Origin: Paecilomyces variotii
Taxonomy: Eukaryota
Assembly (NCBI GenBank): GCA_004022145.1
Contig: RCNU01000002.1
Strand: one strand, 5' to 3'
DNA: 64,000 bases
In this document: piece after piece, positions 1-12,979 of the stretch
How positions within the stretch are numbered: the first letter of the stretch is position 1
Layout of the letters: each line of letters starts with the position of its first letter
Made by a program: the position numbers and the translations under genes
Notes under the pieces: generated by a model
What the model was told of the DNA's origin: nothing
What the model saw: only the letters and a program-made list of their open reading frames with translations
Database searches by the model: none

Positions 1-810
1 TAAAATACTGCGAAGGCGACGGTCAGAATTTTCTCGAAGTATAATCCCTGTGCGACGTACAATATCTGTTACAGAGACTTCGCACAATGATTCGATCGGA
101 GCTCCGAAGAAACCCTGCAGAATCTTGTTTGCAATCCACTGGCCATTGCTTTTCGTATATGGTGCCCAGATCATCATGGCCTGCGGATAGTCAGTACATA
201 TGTATATAGAGACTAAGAAGAGGCATCCACCATGGTTGCTAATGTCGAGAAGAGATATACTGGCCGTTTTCCATACTGCAGTGCCAATGGCTGCCACACT
301 AAGCAGCCCCATCCAAAAAAGAGAAACTGCGCACTGTTAGTTGCAAGCAGGGATAACTTGAAGACTGGATACTTACCATGTAGCCTGTACCCGCGTTCAG
401 GTCGCCAAGTGTCAGACCTGTGTCCTCGGAAATAGGAACCAATATGGAGTATATCGCAGCAGACGCAATGCCGACCATCAACGTATACCTGCACGTTGCA
501 CGTCAATAAACCACCGTCGAACTTTTGTGCTCCGCAAGTAGATACACGTACATGCACATGCAACTGGTGGATAGCATCTTCCGCCTTGGCGACCAATTCA
601 ACGGATCATCTGGGTCACCAGAGGGCTTTGGCACCAGAACAACATCATGTTGCTTGCCCTCCGCATGCGCTGTCTGCATCTTCCCTTGCAGGTCTGGGTT
701 GAAGCAGTTAGACTCACAGACTAGACAGCACTGAAGACATATCGCGACTCACCGACCAGATGCACCGTTCCTGGGATAACATTTTTGTTCTCGATGTGTG
801 GCTGCGCCAT
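1..810 (-). CDS. MFS transporter, HOL1-like (5' part; multi-exon, continues beyond the window start)
   Basis: Spliced translation from ATG at 810: MAQPHIENKNVIPGTVHLV / DLQGK...VVLVPKPSGDPDDPLNWSPRRK / MVGIASAAIYSILVPISEDTGLTLGDLNAGTGYM / FLFFGWGCLVWQPLALQYGKRPVYLFS. The PxPSxDPxDPLNW and motif-A-like YGKRPVY segments are typical of fungal MFS; GT-AG introns present. Confidence 0.85.
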
Positions 811-2925
811 TTGTATCGTCACAATGTTTGTCGCAGGTTGCAACGCTGGAATTGTAGATCCTGTGTCGTTCGTCGTTTGAGAGCCGCAAAGAGACTCCCC
901 TGCTCGACCGTTTGGCTATCTTATATCAGATGCAATGGGAGAAACTATGATAAGCGATTCGCCGTGTGGCTTGCGGCGAATACTAGAGCTGCATACTGGC
1001 AGCTGTTGCAGGGTGTCTTCGTTATCATGATTATCAGCACGGATCAAGCTCACAGATACCATCACCTAGTGCCATTGGGTCGCAGGGTTGGAGTAGCTTG
1101 ATAGCCCGCATCTAGGCTTAAAGTGTGGAACTCAGCACTCTATTTGAAGATGAAGATCTGCAGCCAACGGTGTTAGACTCGCCGTTTCTCCAGCTTCGGA
1201 CAGTCCGCCGACAATAATCCTTATCGCAAACCAATCGCTTCAGAGTCCGAATCCAATAACTGTTCTTCCAAAACACGCAATAAACAAGACAGCTCTTGAA
1301 CATTCTGCGTCATGGTAATTTGGCTCTGAGCATCCTAATGGTGCTGCATTGGCCTTTTCCCTGTTTATCAGCCAAGTCAATCTGCATAGATAACAGGTTA
1401 TCTGCTGCGTTAGTGCGGTTAGTACAAGACCGTTCCCCATCTTCAACTCTCGTGTAGTAAGAATGTTATATATATGAACTCCTCTTCTTGAATATTGCAT
1501 GAAAATGGACCCCAGAATATACCGCAGGACATTCTGCTAACTAGTCAACACATCCCCCACTGTCCCAAAAGCAAATGAGCTAGTCGCTCGAGTGGGACAG
1601 CAGGATAAACTTCTGTTCTTGTTTAAGTAACGTACTCCGCCCGGAGAGTTGGGTCTATTCGTGGACCACATGGTTATAGCCCTTCTGGCTCTTACCATTT
1701 CGAGCATCCAGCAATCAGCTGCCGGGGTACTTAAGTATGCTAGGCTACCTCGGGACATGGAATGCATACACGCCATAATCTGCATCACGAAACTATATTA
1801 TCACGGTAGAATGCATCATTTAGCATGTTGCTGGTGCTCGGAAGGAAACACTAGATGATAATTGTTTCTGCTATAACATGAATCTTGCTGAAATGTCGGT
1901 CGGAGCACCCTTCCCATAATATGTTTCTGTCTTCGAATAGCTGCACCCCTGGCGAGCCCTTATTGTAGGCCATAGAAATTGGTCCATTCTAACCGAAGGC
2001 CATTGTACTTCCGTTCCCGACGGCCGTAAACAGCAGGGGCTCTTAACGTCACATTACATCACCACATACAGTAGTTACGATGAAGAATTATTGAGCATTA
2101 GCGCCTCTTAAGACAGTTCTTCTCGCCCTCGAATTGCATAACACAAATGCAGTCTTACCATGGCAATTTCATGTAGGCCGAGATTGAGTTATAAGATGCA
2201 ATATACCAAGTTGCAAAGAACAGCTTGCTTGTAGCGAGGGAGTTGGGTTGACAAAAGGTATGGAGGTAGCCCAAGCTGTCCGCTCCAGTAGCAATCATCT
2301 GGAGAACAGACTCTATCTAGACCTTGTCAATCTGAAATACGTCCAAGCACATGCTGGAAGATTCCACGGCTGATTATTGCAAAGAATGACTGATTAATCG
2401 GCCACATATCATTGTCACAACACCTTCAGCATAAGGTAGCAGTGACTGGGCAAAAATTGCGTCTTCCGACACATCATCGCTACTGCTGACTACCAGAATG
2501 CCTTTTCTCTTCTCCTACGTCGCCCCGTAGAGCGATTGCTGATTTTTTTCTTTTTCAAATAGCACTATAATCTCACCGTCTATCCGAACAATGTGGCATT
2601 GCAGCCATTAATCTGCTTGCCGGACTCCAAACATTTTTAACGCCAATTGATTTGCGACACAATTTGTCTGTGATTCATAGTTGGACGGTTATATAACAAT
2701 AGCTGCAGTCAACACAAACTAGATATAATATGTCTTGTGCATGAAGCCATGTGCATTGCGAGTTTAATGGCAATTGACCAAAGAACAAAATAGCAGTATT
2801 GCTCAAGAGGTTGCCATGCGCAGACCAACAGTCTCACCGGCAGTTCTGTTGGAGTCTACCGATATGCAACAATATGGAACTCATTCAGTGCAAAGTATCC
2901 TTTGGAGATTAGCCTCTTGATGACT

Positions 2926-3989
2926 TCAGATTCCCATCCCCACTTTCTCCATCGCAGTGCTGAGTTCATCCACAGAATGACTCCTCATAAAATCCTCAAA
3001 AGTGACTCTTTTCACATGAGGATACCTCTGGTTTTCCATGTCAATATCGAGATAGGTCTGCCCATTCGTGCAATAATACTGGTAGAATCTGAAACACCTC
3101 AGTTGACTGAAATCTTCCCTAGGGTTGCGTTTCCGCACAACACTTACAAATTCAGGTAAGAAAGCACATTCGCCGGATCTTCGGCCATTTTCTGATGCAT
3201 GAGCTTATACAAATCTTCGGAAGAGCCCAACCGGTTCAGCCCAGGTCTCTTTCCGTATACCGATTCAAAGGTATCAGCGATCTCGACAATGCTCTTTCGA
3301 TCCCCAAGAACTGTGTGATCGCAGCCATTTAGCATAAGCATTACAAAATTCAACTGGTTCTGATTAAGGGAAGACGTACACTTCTGCAGGCCAACCGCAG
3401 TTTCGTCGAGAGCCACCGCTGAGACAAATTCGGCTGCGTTGGCATAACTAGTCGACTCCCACACTTCGGTCCCGGTGCCCCAATAGGAAAGAGTATACTG
3501 CGCCGGATCCCAAATGCCAAACCAATGATACCAAAACGTATCCATAAATGCACCGATCAGCACATGGACACCTGCAACGTCCTTGGACTCCAGATACTCT
3601 TTCACCAGTATCATCGGATCTTTCGATGGGAGTTGACCATATTGCAATTTGGTGAAGTCCACCGTATAGTCACTGGCGATGTAGCGTTGGACACCTTCTA
3701 ATTCACAAGCGTCGATCAAGATCTTCTGACCGTCTGTCATAAGCTTGTTATCTCCCAGATAGCAGCAGATGACAACGCTGCAACTTCTTGCAAACGACCG
3801 TAATGCCTTCATATCATCCGATCCACCTTGAGTAATGTGGACGCGAGGGGACGTCTTGATGGAATCTGGGAGCTTTGCCGGGTCCCGGCAAAAACCACGT
3901 ATGAAGACATGTTGTTGTTTGAGGAGTTCCCCAACAATGCAGCGCGCGAACTTCCCGGTAATTCCGGCGATGCCAACAATTGTACTCAT
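2926..3989 (-). CDS. NmrA-like / atypical SDR NAD(P)-binding protein (2 introns)
   Basis: N-terminal Rossmann motif VGIAGITGKFA; GQKILIDAC...GVQRYIASDY; YWGTG...WESTSYANAAEF. ORF 3144-3989 joins 2926-~3090 through a GTAAGT...TTTCAG intron. Confidence 0.85.
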
Positions 3990-4689
3990 TGTGTATCAAT
4001 AAAATTGAGGTCAATCACTTTCTCATGGAACGCCGCAGATCAGGATAGCCACACATCATTATTGCTGATATGCATCGCTATTTAATGGCATATCTTTGAA
4101 ACGGTGTAAGCGATATCGGAACCGAACTATCGTCCAAGACACTGGCAAAGTAAGTTTCTGGAAGTGATATCATTATTAATTCGAGCTCTACACGTCGGAG
4201 TTCGCTGTTTAACGAGAGTCCGAAGCGCGTAAGCAGCTTTCGGAGACCGAATTGCGATACATAGTATTATGCATGAAGCCCAATAAGCCCGTTATACTAC
4301 TATATAGACTTTGACGATCGAATAATCTACATTATTAGTCCATGTTTGGCGAACAATTTCTTGGATACCATCCCAATTTGGAAAACATTACGGCCGATAT
4401 ATCTTCCCCATTTGGTGGAAATTCATCGCGCACAGGGGTCTTCTGGTGCGAAGTCCGAGGCTCCGGCTAAAAAAAAGGTCCGCTCCTCGGGAGACATATA
4501 CATTCCGAGTTTCCTGTATCCCCCCGTGCTTTAGGGCCTAGGTACTTTATATCCCGGTCACTGCTACAAGGAAATAATAATTCTCAATGTTTTCTCGATT
4601 ATTTGCTTAAGCAATATTCCTTTGTCCTTTTTTTTCTCTCTTCTGCCCTAGCGTCGTATATCTTGCAACGGATTACGAGGCGACCAAAG

Positions 4690-5772
4690 ATGGTTTCTCT
4701 AACTGATGTGAAAATATCCAACGGGCAGCTTACAGCTGCTACTGTTCCAAAGGTTGCAGTTTTTGTTGGTGCAACCTCCGGAATTGGCAGGGCGGCCTTG
4801 GAGAACCTAATCTCTAAAGGTTTTCCTGTGAGAGTGTATATAATAGGCCGTGATAAGGCCGCCTTTCAGCCCACTTTGAGTGAGCTGCAGGCTTCTAACC
4901 CCTCTGCTGATTTGATCTTTCTCGAGGGTCACATATCTCTGATGGCCGAGACAAGGCGTCTTGTCGATATGATCCTCATCCGAGAGGAGTATGTTGACTT
5001 GCTTTTCCTTTCGGCCGGTTTCCTCCCCTTTCTCGGACGCCGAGGTATGTGTATCAATGCAGCGAAGATACGGCTTATCGATCACTTGTGCTAAAGAACA
5101 ATAGAAACCACTGAAGGTATAGAGCTCTCAACGGCTGTTGCATTTTATAGCCGCCAGATCTTCATCAGACGTCTGCTTCCTTTGCTTCGAGCAGCGGTTA
5201 ATCATGGCGCTCCGAATTTCTCACCCCGGATAGTTAATGTCCTAGGCACGGGCGTTGAGACAGCAAATTTATATCTCGATGACTTAACACTGAGCGGGCC
5301 CGGACATTTCAACGTTGCCAGCTATGTTAGCCATGTGGCAACAATGACTTCCGTTAGCCTTAAGCGTTTGGCCGAACAACCAGAGAACAAAAATGTTGTG
5401 ATCATTCATCATCATCCTGGCTTTGTGTCCACTGATTTATTGAAGAAAAGTTGGGGCGATCAATGGGACGAAGGTAAACGCAATATGGGCGCCAGAGCTC
5501 CTGCAGACACTACGTTTTCAACCCCTGAGGAAGCAGGAGAGCGCTCACTATACGTGATCACTAGCGCAAAGTACGGCGGAAGTGGTGTCCCACTGCGGGA
5601 AGGACAGGGAGTCGGATTGACTGTGAAAGGGACAGGGAATGGCTCCCTTTTTTGCGTTGGTGATAAATTGGAGACTTTGAAACTTGGTGATCTGCTTGAC
5701 TCTCTTGAAGACAATGGCAGTGCTGATTTGATTTGGACTCATGTTGACCGGATGATTGGAAAGTACTCGTAA
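4690..5772 (+). CDS. Short-chain dehydrogenase/reductase (fungal secondary-metabolism-associated type; 1 intron ~5045-5104)
   Basis: VAVFVGATSGIG Rossmann motif, VDLLFLSAG, ETTEGIE after the intron, HHHPGFVST; donor GTATGT and acceptor ATAG. Confidence 0.85.
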
Positions 5773-5824
5773 CGTCACTGGTAAATGTACCTGAACTAAA
5801 CGGCAAGGATATTGCATTGTTATC

Positions 5825-6680
5825 TGGTGGTACGAGGATCCTAATATACCGAAGTATTGGAGAACCGAGATCAGCGATGACAGTTGGACTAAGGATCGAA
5901 TGGACTACGCTGGCTTCAAAAGGTTTTCATATCTCAAACAGTTCATCGTAGGACTGGGCGATATAGCCTTCTTATTATGGATGTGCACGGCAGACATTGA
6001 CCTCTGAATTTGACAAGGTATGCTGTTAGAATAATATTATTCCTCTCTGTATTCCAGCACGCTCGTCAGCTTATTGTCAACCTCTAGATGTCAGCTGCTT
6101 TGGACCTTTGAAAGGATCGCACGGTTGCCTACTTCAGGATAAGCAACGTCGAGGATTCAATCATATCGACAAGCTTGTTTTTGGAGCATCTATCCTATAG
6201 CTCGTATGAAGGAATTTACTTCGGAGACTATTAAAACCAGATTCAAAGCTACTGGTCTATTTCCATTCGATCCAGAAGAAGTGCTTAAACGATTTACTAT
6301 TCAATTAAATACACATACGCCGCCAGGGAGTTGATCAACTAACTGAACTATTTCCATCTCTAAAATACCGCGAAATCGAAAAGAATTGGAGAAGCAAAAG
6401 ACTATCATTCAAAGCTTGCTTGGAAGACGAACCCAAAGTCCTCCGTCTTGTGATCGACGAGCCATAGATTATTTCGTTTAACCATATGAACCCTCATGGA
6501 ACAGGATATCCGGAATCGACGCTCAACCAGCGAAGAACCCCAGCAGAAAAAACGACGATCTATTCATGAAATGAGCAATATAGAGCGTGTATCTATTGGA
6601 TGGGGTCAAGCTCTTACAGAAAGGAATAATCAGGCTAGTGAAACTCCTACTAGTACCCAGGGGGAATCGGGAATTACAGA
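5825..6680 (+). mobile_element. Degenerate Pogo/Fot1 (Tc1-mariner, DDE_1) transposase fragment
   Basis: Frame-hopping translation WYEDPNIPKYWRTEISDDSWT..LRWLQKVFI..GRYSLLIMDVHG..FDKVCC*NNIIPLCIPA..CQPLDVSCFGPLK..GFNHIDK..ATGLFPFDPEEVL..QKKRRS matches the Fot1/Pogo pattern (LLILDGHGSH, QPLDVGCF). Contains stops and frameshifts; no TIRs seen. Confidence 0.85.
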
Positions 6681-9235
6681 GGGTATCTGCACCTGTCCGG
6701 AGATTAGTTTCAATCGTCATCTCTTCAATCCATTCCTTTAATTTGTGCAGCCTCAGAATGGCTGCATTTTCTCCCTTTTATTCGAAATTGGCATCCTCGA
6801 CACCATCACCAGCATCGGCCAGCGCGATCCTCGTTGCATCAGCACTAAATTTCTTGATTGCCTTGCTCAAAGTAAGGAAATTGCCTTCCAGTGCTCATCT
6901 TGCTGCCATTTAAGAATAGATGACCATTGGCTCAAATAGCTTAAGGCCAGAACCTCTTAGGGAAGAGTGCAAGGTGGATGTATAGAAAGAAGGTAAGATG
7001 ATTTAGGATAAGGTCTTTACCGGATATCTGTATATCTAATGGATACCAGTATTCAAACTCGCGTCATACTTTTTAGAATGATTCCTTGCTGATCCCGATC
7101 TCTCTAAATAGGCCGTCGGAAATAGGGATATTAGTAAAAATACAATCCCATGCTTTGTCGGATATTTGCTCTGGCTTGATATTGAGAAGTCCCGGTTTCT
7201 GTGTATAGCGATCGCCGTAAAAAAAGTAAGAGACAGTATAATATAACATATAGATTGTATTATCGCTTAAGCTCTTAACAAGGAATTTAGTATCCGAGGG
7301 TAACTTAGTTCCAAGACCATAATTGTGTGCGCAAGCCCATTAGTTTAACCACCCAATATTAGCTTTAAATTAGTTTTGTACTTCCGGCGTAAATATATTA
7401 AGGCCATTTATGATATAATCAAGAACTGTCTTCTGCTACTCAAGATCGCCCTCTCTATAATTAAGGAACTATTAACCCAAGTATGCTATAATATACTTGT
7501 CCCCGCTTTAGCTAATAATCTTGCCTGCTGGATTAGTTAAAGCAAAGGCATCTCCACTTTTAATTAAGGAGTGCCGAACTTTCTCCTTTACTTCTTAGAT
7601 AGACTGGCCAGTAAACTCTCTAATAAGCATTTTGCCTTTATAGAAGCCTTTAGAATAAGCTAATTTCTTCGCAATATCAAGCTGAGCTGTATCCTTTGGG
7701 GTGTTGATTTTCATATCTTAAATTAATTTCTTCGCCGTGAGGTTTCTATAAGTAGGTGTCTCAATCACAGGAATAATTTTAAATTCGGCCCATTCCTTCT
7801 CAATGCTGTAGTACTCGGGTTTCTTGATAAGCTCTTGAATCATCGTATAGTCGTCTGGATTATCGGATGGCACACATGTGACAACTCCAGTATCTTTTGT
7901 AGCCGATACGGAGTCCATGGGGAGTATTCTGATTCCTTCGGTATGAACGGAAAGAAGGGCGTTCATTAAGGTACCAACAAATGCTGACCCAGGGAGGTCA
8001 ACGACTGGCTGAAGCTCGGACTGAGCTCTGGGGAAATCCTCAAAGAATGTTCCTTGAAATGCTATATTCCACGCAGCTCGCTTTGTGCAGACATAGTACT
8101 CTGTGTCGGAGACTTTAAATATCCCATAACGTATATTAGGATCCACGAAACAACAGACCTGGCCATACATCGTTTCCGGCCTCAAAGTCGCTGGAATGAA
8201 ATAGACGCTCGCGTCCTGAGGTACTTTCCCTCAATAACTTTTGCTACCACTGCTGACTATGTTTTGACTTTCAATTTTAAAGCCGTATACTCAACCGGAC
8301 CAAGTGTTTCTCCTTCAGACCGATCATGGTCCATGCATGGTTGACCGTCTTTTGGGCTATAGATTGTATATCGGTTCCCATACTGGATCTTGTTCATTTG
8401 ACGCAAGCAGTTCATCTGCCAGCGAGCGAATGAGCCGCAGGAAGGGTTCAGATCTGTTGTGACAAACTGCATTCGCCAGTCAATCCGTGCTCTAAAATCT
8501 TTCAAGTCTCTGGCACAGAGCCCCGGGAAAAACTCTAGCTAGTAATTTCCGTCCGCAAACTTGTGGATATCTTCTAAAGGTATGCCTATGGACAGCATAA
8601 TTAGAAATTGATACTTTGCCTTGACTGTTACTGCTGCAGCTTTGGATTTCTTGCCGCTGAACTTCGTTATGTCCTCTCTAGTGACATCCTGTGTCAGCGC
8701 AACTGCCACCCCACTCTCTTCTGATGATTCGGTTTCCTCCATATAGCCCTCAAAGTATTTGCCGAACCTCCTCATTTCATCCACGAGCTTGTCTGCGCAA
8801 GCTTTGATTGCCATACCGGTGCCATGGAACCCGAGAGGGAATAAGGTTCTCTTGCCGATCATGCCCTGAAAACCCACGGTGAACTCAACTTTGAGACCGT
8901 AAAGCTGTGTCCAGCATGAAGGACCCCGTTTATGTAGGGATAGGCGAATGTGGCATAGTATTTAGGATGTTGTTCGTGAAGCTCATCGTCAGATATTGAG
9001 CCATAGGCTACCTCGTCGATGAACGGCGCATTCGATTAGAATACATCGTCTTCTTGCCATTTTGCTTGGTATTTCTTGTCAATTTTGACGAGGGTGTCAC
9101 GCTTCTCTGTCTGTGACGGAGAAATGTCAGCAAGCAAAGCATAGAAAAGGTGCAAGACTACTGATATTTTGAAGCTGCAGAGTTGCGGCAGAGCCAGCGC
9201 TCGGGTCGACCTTCTCGGTCGGTGCAGACCCTATG
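6680..9235 (-). pseudogene. Cytosolic-type leucyl-tRNA synthetase pseudogene, C-terminally truncated, RIP-mutated
   Basis: TEKRDTLV..., YYATFAYPYINGVLHAGH (HIGH motif), [56 protein letters not shown] (editing domain), [52 protein letters not shown]. Many stops and frameshifts; probable start codon reads ATA. Confidence 0.93.
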
Positions 9236-9955
9236 ACTTAGGTACAGTGTTTCACTTGAGAATTCGGGAGATTTCTTCTTCTGTCTGTACCGTACTGCTC
9301 TCCTGGCAAGGTGTCAGCCTGATGGAATCAGTGACTTACTGCGACTCACAGAATAATGAGTCCAGGAGGAGAAGTGGGGGATAGATATAGCGGTATAGGC
9401 TGGTCTGACTTACCGCATACCGATCATCTAGTTATGACTCGCGTGGATAACCCAAGGCACTATGAAAACTTCTCAACCCAATTCCTACGGAAATGGCTAC
9501 TTCTCTGGCATGTGCGAATAACCTACTTTAGAAATCGAGCATGAGTAGGTAAGACTGGCTATCCAATATCCTTTCTCTTTTGGTCATCACTAGAAACGGT
9601 CATATGGCAACTGGGACAATAAATGGGGGTATTTGTTTAGTGATTATCAATAGAATTAGGTCTGCATGCAAAAATGGAGAATTCACATGAATCTCAATAC
9701 TATATGGCATTGTGGGCTATTGTATGAAGAACTTATGGATATTCCGGCGTATTTCGATTTTATTTAAACGATGTTAGGTAGTCATTCTACTTGAAACTTA
9801 AACACATGGATATAGTCTGTTGGTTTTGCGTATATTACAGCATGTCAGATCTAGGACCAACCTCTAAGGAGTTCTCCTTTTTGATCTAGTTGTCTAGTCG
9901 ACTTCCGTCACAGCACAAACCGAAGAATTACCCCTTGCCTTGCAATTTATCTTCA

Positions 9956-11363
9956 TTATTTCAGGCTGCGACCAAACTCAGTGACGAGGCATACTTTCAG
10001 ACCTCCCGGGATCCTGTGCTCTGAGAACTTTTCGTAGTCCTCACTTATATTTTCAAACTCATCTAGGATCAATGAAGAGTCAGCGTATTCCGAGAAATTA
10101 TGAGTTTTTGATGACTTTACCCTCATAAGTGAACATCCAAGAAGGGTCATACTTCCCTTCGGTAACCAAATCTAGTAGGAACGGATGATACTAGCAATAG
10201 TCAGCATTGCCCATGAAGCCTATATCTTCTATCTTGTACTTACCTTCTGTGCAGTCAATTGCCCTCCACGAATCGTGATCGACTTCTCCATCAAAGTACC
10301 AATCGGGAAATCATTCGTGCTGCAGAAAAAGTCCCCTATGAGGGCGATATTTCCACACTTACGAGTTGCTTTCAAGATGTCTGTTATGGTATCTCCGCTA
10401 TCCCTCTCTAGGCCCAATGCTCTCATCACCTCGTGATCTGGTTTATTCGTACTGCGAAACCCACTCGCTTCGATGGAACGATCAAGCCCATTTGGCTGGA
10501 TCGAGAGAATATAGTCCGCTACCTCTTGATGCTCAGCAGCATTTATAGGAATCATTCCGAACTCCTCTGCTATCTTAAGACGGTGAGGGTCTTTGTCCAC
10601 AGCATATACCTTTGCGGCTCCACGGAGCTTTGCCAGCTTTTGTATTGAGAGACCGACCGGTCCGCAACCCCAGACGCCAACAATATCTCCTTTGCCAACC
10701 TCAGCTAATTCGCATCCGTGCCAAGCGGTGGTGGTCACGTCTGCAAGACCGAGTAACTTCTTAGCGTCGACATCTTTTGGCGCTTTCACACATGTTAGGT
10801 CTGCATTAGGAACTCGACAGTACTCTGCTTGATCACCGGCATAACCGCCTGTGATATGCGAGTAGCCGAAGATCCCAGAAATCCGATGTCCGTACAGAGC
10901 CTCCATTTCCTTAGATGGATTTGTCATATCGCAGAGTGAATATTCTTGACGTTGACAGTATTGACAAGTTCCACAGGCGATGATTGGCAAAATGATAACT
11001 CTGTCGCCAACCTTCAGGTTCTTGACCTGGTCCCCAATTTCCTCAACGATCCCAATAGCTTCATGCCCCAGAATATCTCCCTCTGACATGGCCTCATCCA
11101 GCTCGCCTTCGTATATGTGCAGATCTGAACCGCAAATTGTGCAGTGTGTGATATGCACAATGGCATCGGCAGGATCGGTCAGCGTAGGTTTGGGAACGTT
11201 GCCGAGCTTTATGTTTCTCTTGCCCATCCACATTGCAGCCTTCATCCTTTCGGTCGGATGAGGTTTATATGATGTACTAGGTACATTTCTACACATTGTC
11301 AGTTAATATTGCTTGGTATAGATCAGGTATAATTTCTCGGACAGACCTCGCTACGGCAGTCAT
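9956..11363 (-). CDS. Zn-dependent medium-chain dehydrogenase (glutathione-independent formaldehyde dehydrogenase-like; 3 introns)
   Basis: TICGSDLH, GHEAIG, CGTCQYCQRQEYSLC structural Zn site, VWGCGPVG. Short first exon MTAVA(R) at 11363; last exon DEFENISEDYEKF..GGLKVCL. Confidence 0.9.
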
Positions 11364-12238
11364 TTCGCAATCGAACGAGTGAATTTATCAGATTACTGTG
11401 GAAAGCGAGTTAAAATATAGGTATATCGACGTGTTTATGAGAGCTGATCGGGATTCTGTATCTGTGTACACATATGGGAGGAAGCACATGATTGATACGC
11501 AGTAATGCACGAGACCTTCGATATTATCAAAGTATTCTGATCTCATAATGATGACACGTGAACATATTTGTCGGAATCAAAGTCGTGAAACTACTTATAT
11601 CTGGCTCAGCGAATACGGCCATGCCTACCACCGGCTAAGCGCGATCGAGCTTGTGGTACTGAAACTTAAGTAAAGCTTAACTAAATGCTTAGAAGTAATA
11701 CATGATGAGGCTTAGGTTTCAAGGAATAAGCTGAAATGAGGCATATAATCCACGAATTCTGGGTCTTTTAGACATCGATACGCGTTTTCCACAACGGATC
11801 TATCGGCTATTGTATCAAAAACTTCAAGATAGGAGCTATATAACAGAAGAAGTAGAGTTTGATATTAGCTAGGTGGGGCTCCCAGACGCAGCGACAGAAT
11901 TTCGGTTCCACTAAATCAATCTCATTGCGACAAACCTGAGATTTGAAAGGATAGAACAGTTTTTAGGTGATGACATTTCGATGAGGGGGTCCCCTGAAAA
12001 TTCGCATTTCTTACTTACTCGTCACCGCTCATCGGCTGAGGCTGGATTGATCGATTTTAACACTTCGAGGGGCTGGCCAAAGCGCTCGTCCAAGGCTGGT
12101 ATGGCGTACTTAAGTATAACCCCAGATTCGACGGACTGATAGTCTATCTACCTCGCAGTGTCATTTGCACCTACCACGCACTCGACGCGCAGGCCGCGAT
12201 GGAAACGCTGCAAGTGCCTTCTTTGGCTGACAAGATCG

Positions 12239-12856
12239 CTGGGGAGGATAACTAAGACTGTTCTAACTTCTGCGTCTGATTAACTACCTAGCGTGGAGAC
12301 TCAAGCCTCTTTGGTCCGAGATAAGAGATATGGATGACGTCTTGGCATGCTCTACTGTATGGTCCAAATGCCTCGCGTTTCACGACAGCTGATAACAAAC
12401 CGCGAGGCTGAAATGCGCCTCTCTCTGCGAGGGATGAGCTGGAAAAACGTCAATCCTACTGATAATCATCTTCTCAAGGCAGTCCATGAACGGCACTCGG
12501 AATACTTACATGGCAAGACAGAACTGGAAAAGGTTCTGTATTTCGAATATCTGAAGCCTTTGTCACAGCCTGCAGGACGATACGGATGTTGGCTCACGGG
12601 GAACAGTTCTAGAATGGTTACCGAATCACCCACTACCACTCCAGAAGCGAAGCAATGCCTGCAATCTCTACGAACAGTGGTGCTCGAGCCGCTGGAGTGG
12701 CTTGCTCTTACCCTCTCACGAGGCTGAACCACTGATTGCCAGGTTGCACTCGCTAGTTTCACAGAGAGATAAGGCGATATGATAACGGTATTGGTGGCAA
12801 GGTCATAGTTGACTCCCAGAGTCGCTCCCCAGGGAGGTCTTTAAATATTCGGATAA
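12239..12856 (+). promoter_or_regulatory. Cluster of GATAA (AreA-type) and SYGGRG (CreA-type) motifs upstream of the permease
   Basis: GATAA at ~12247, 12320, 12391, 12461, 12768, 12781 and 12852; CTGGGG at 12239, GTGGAG ~12293, CTGGAG ~12692. Confidence 0.45.
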
Positions 12857-12979
12857 TGACTCCCTGAGGCTTGCTCTTAGAATGCTAGACCACTTTTTCC
12901 TGTCGGCTCGTCGCAGTCAGTCCTGCACGGTCTCAAATCAGCGTCTGCAAGGCCTATTCATCCTGTACCCCGATTGACG

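Noticed and set aside
1000-2900. Short ORFs in long intergenic regions (also 30950-32100, 38100-39500, 47000-48900)
   Set aside because: No recognisable motifs, codon bias or splice structure; no tRNA or rRNA recognised anywhere in the window.
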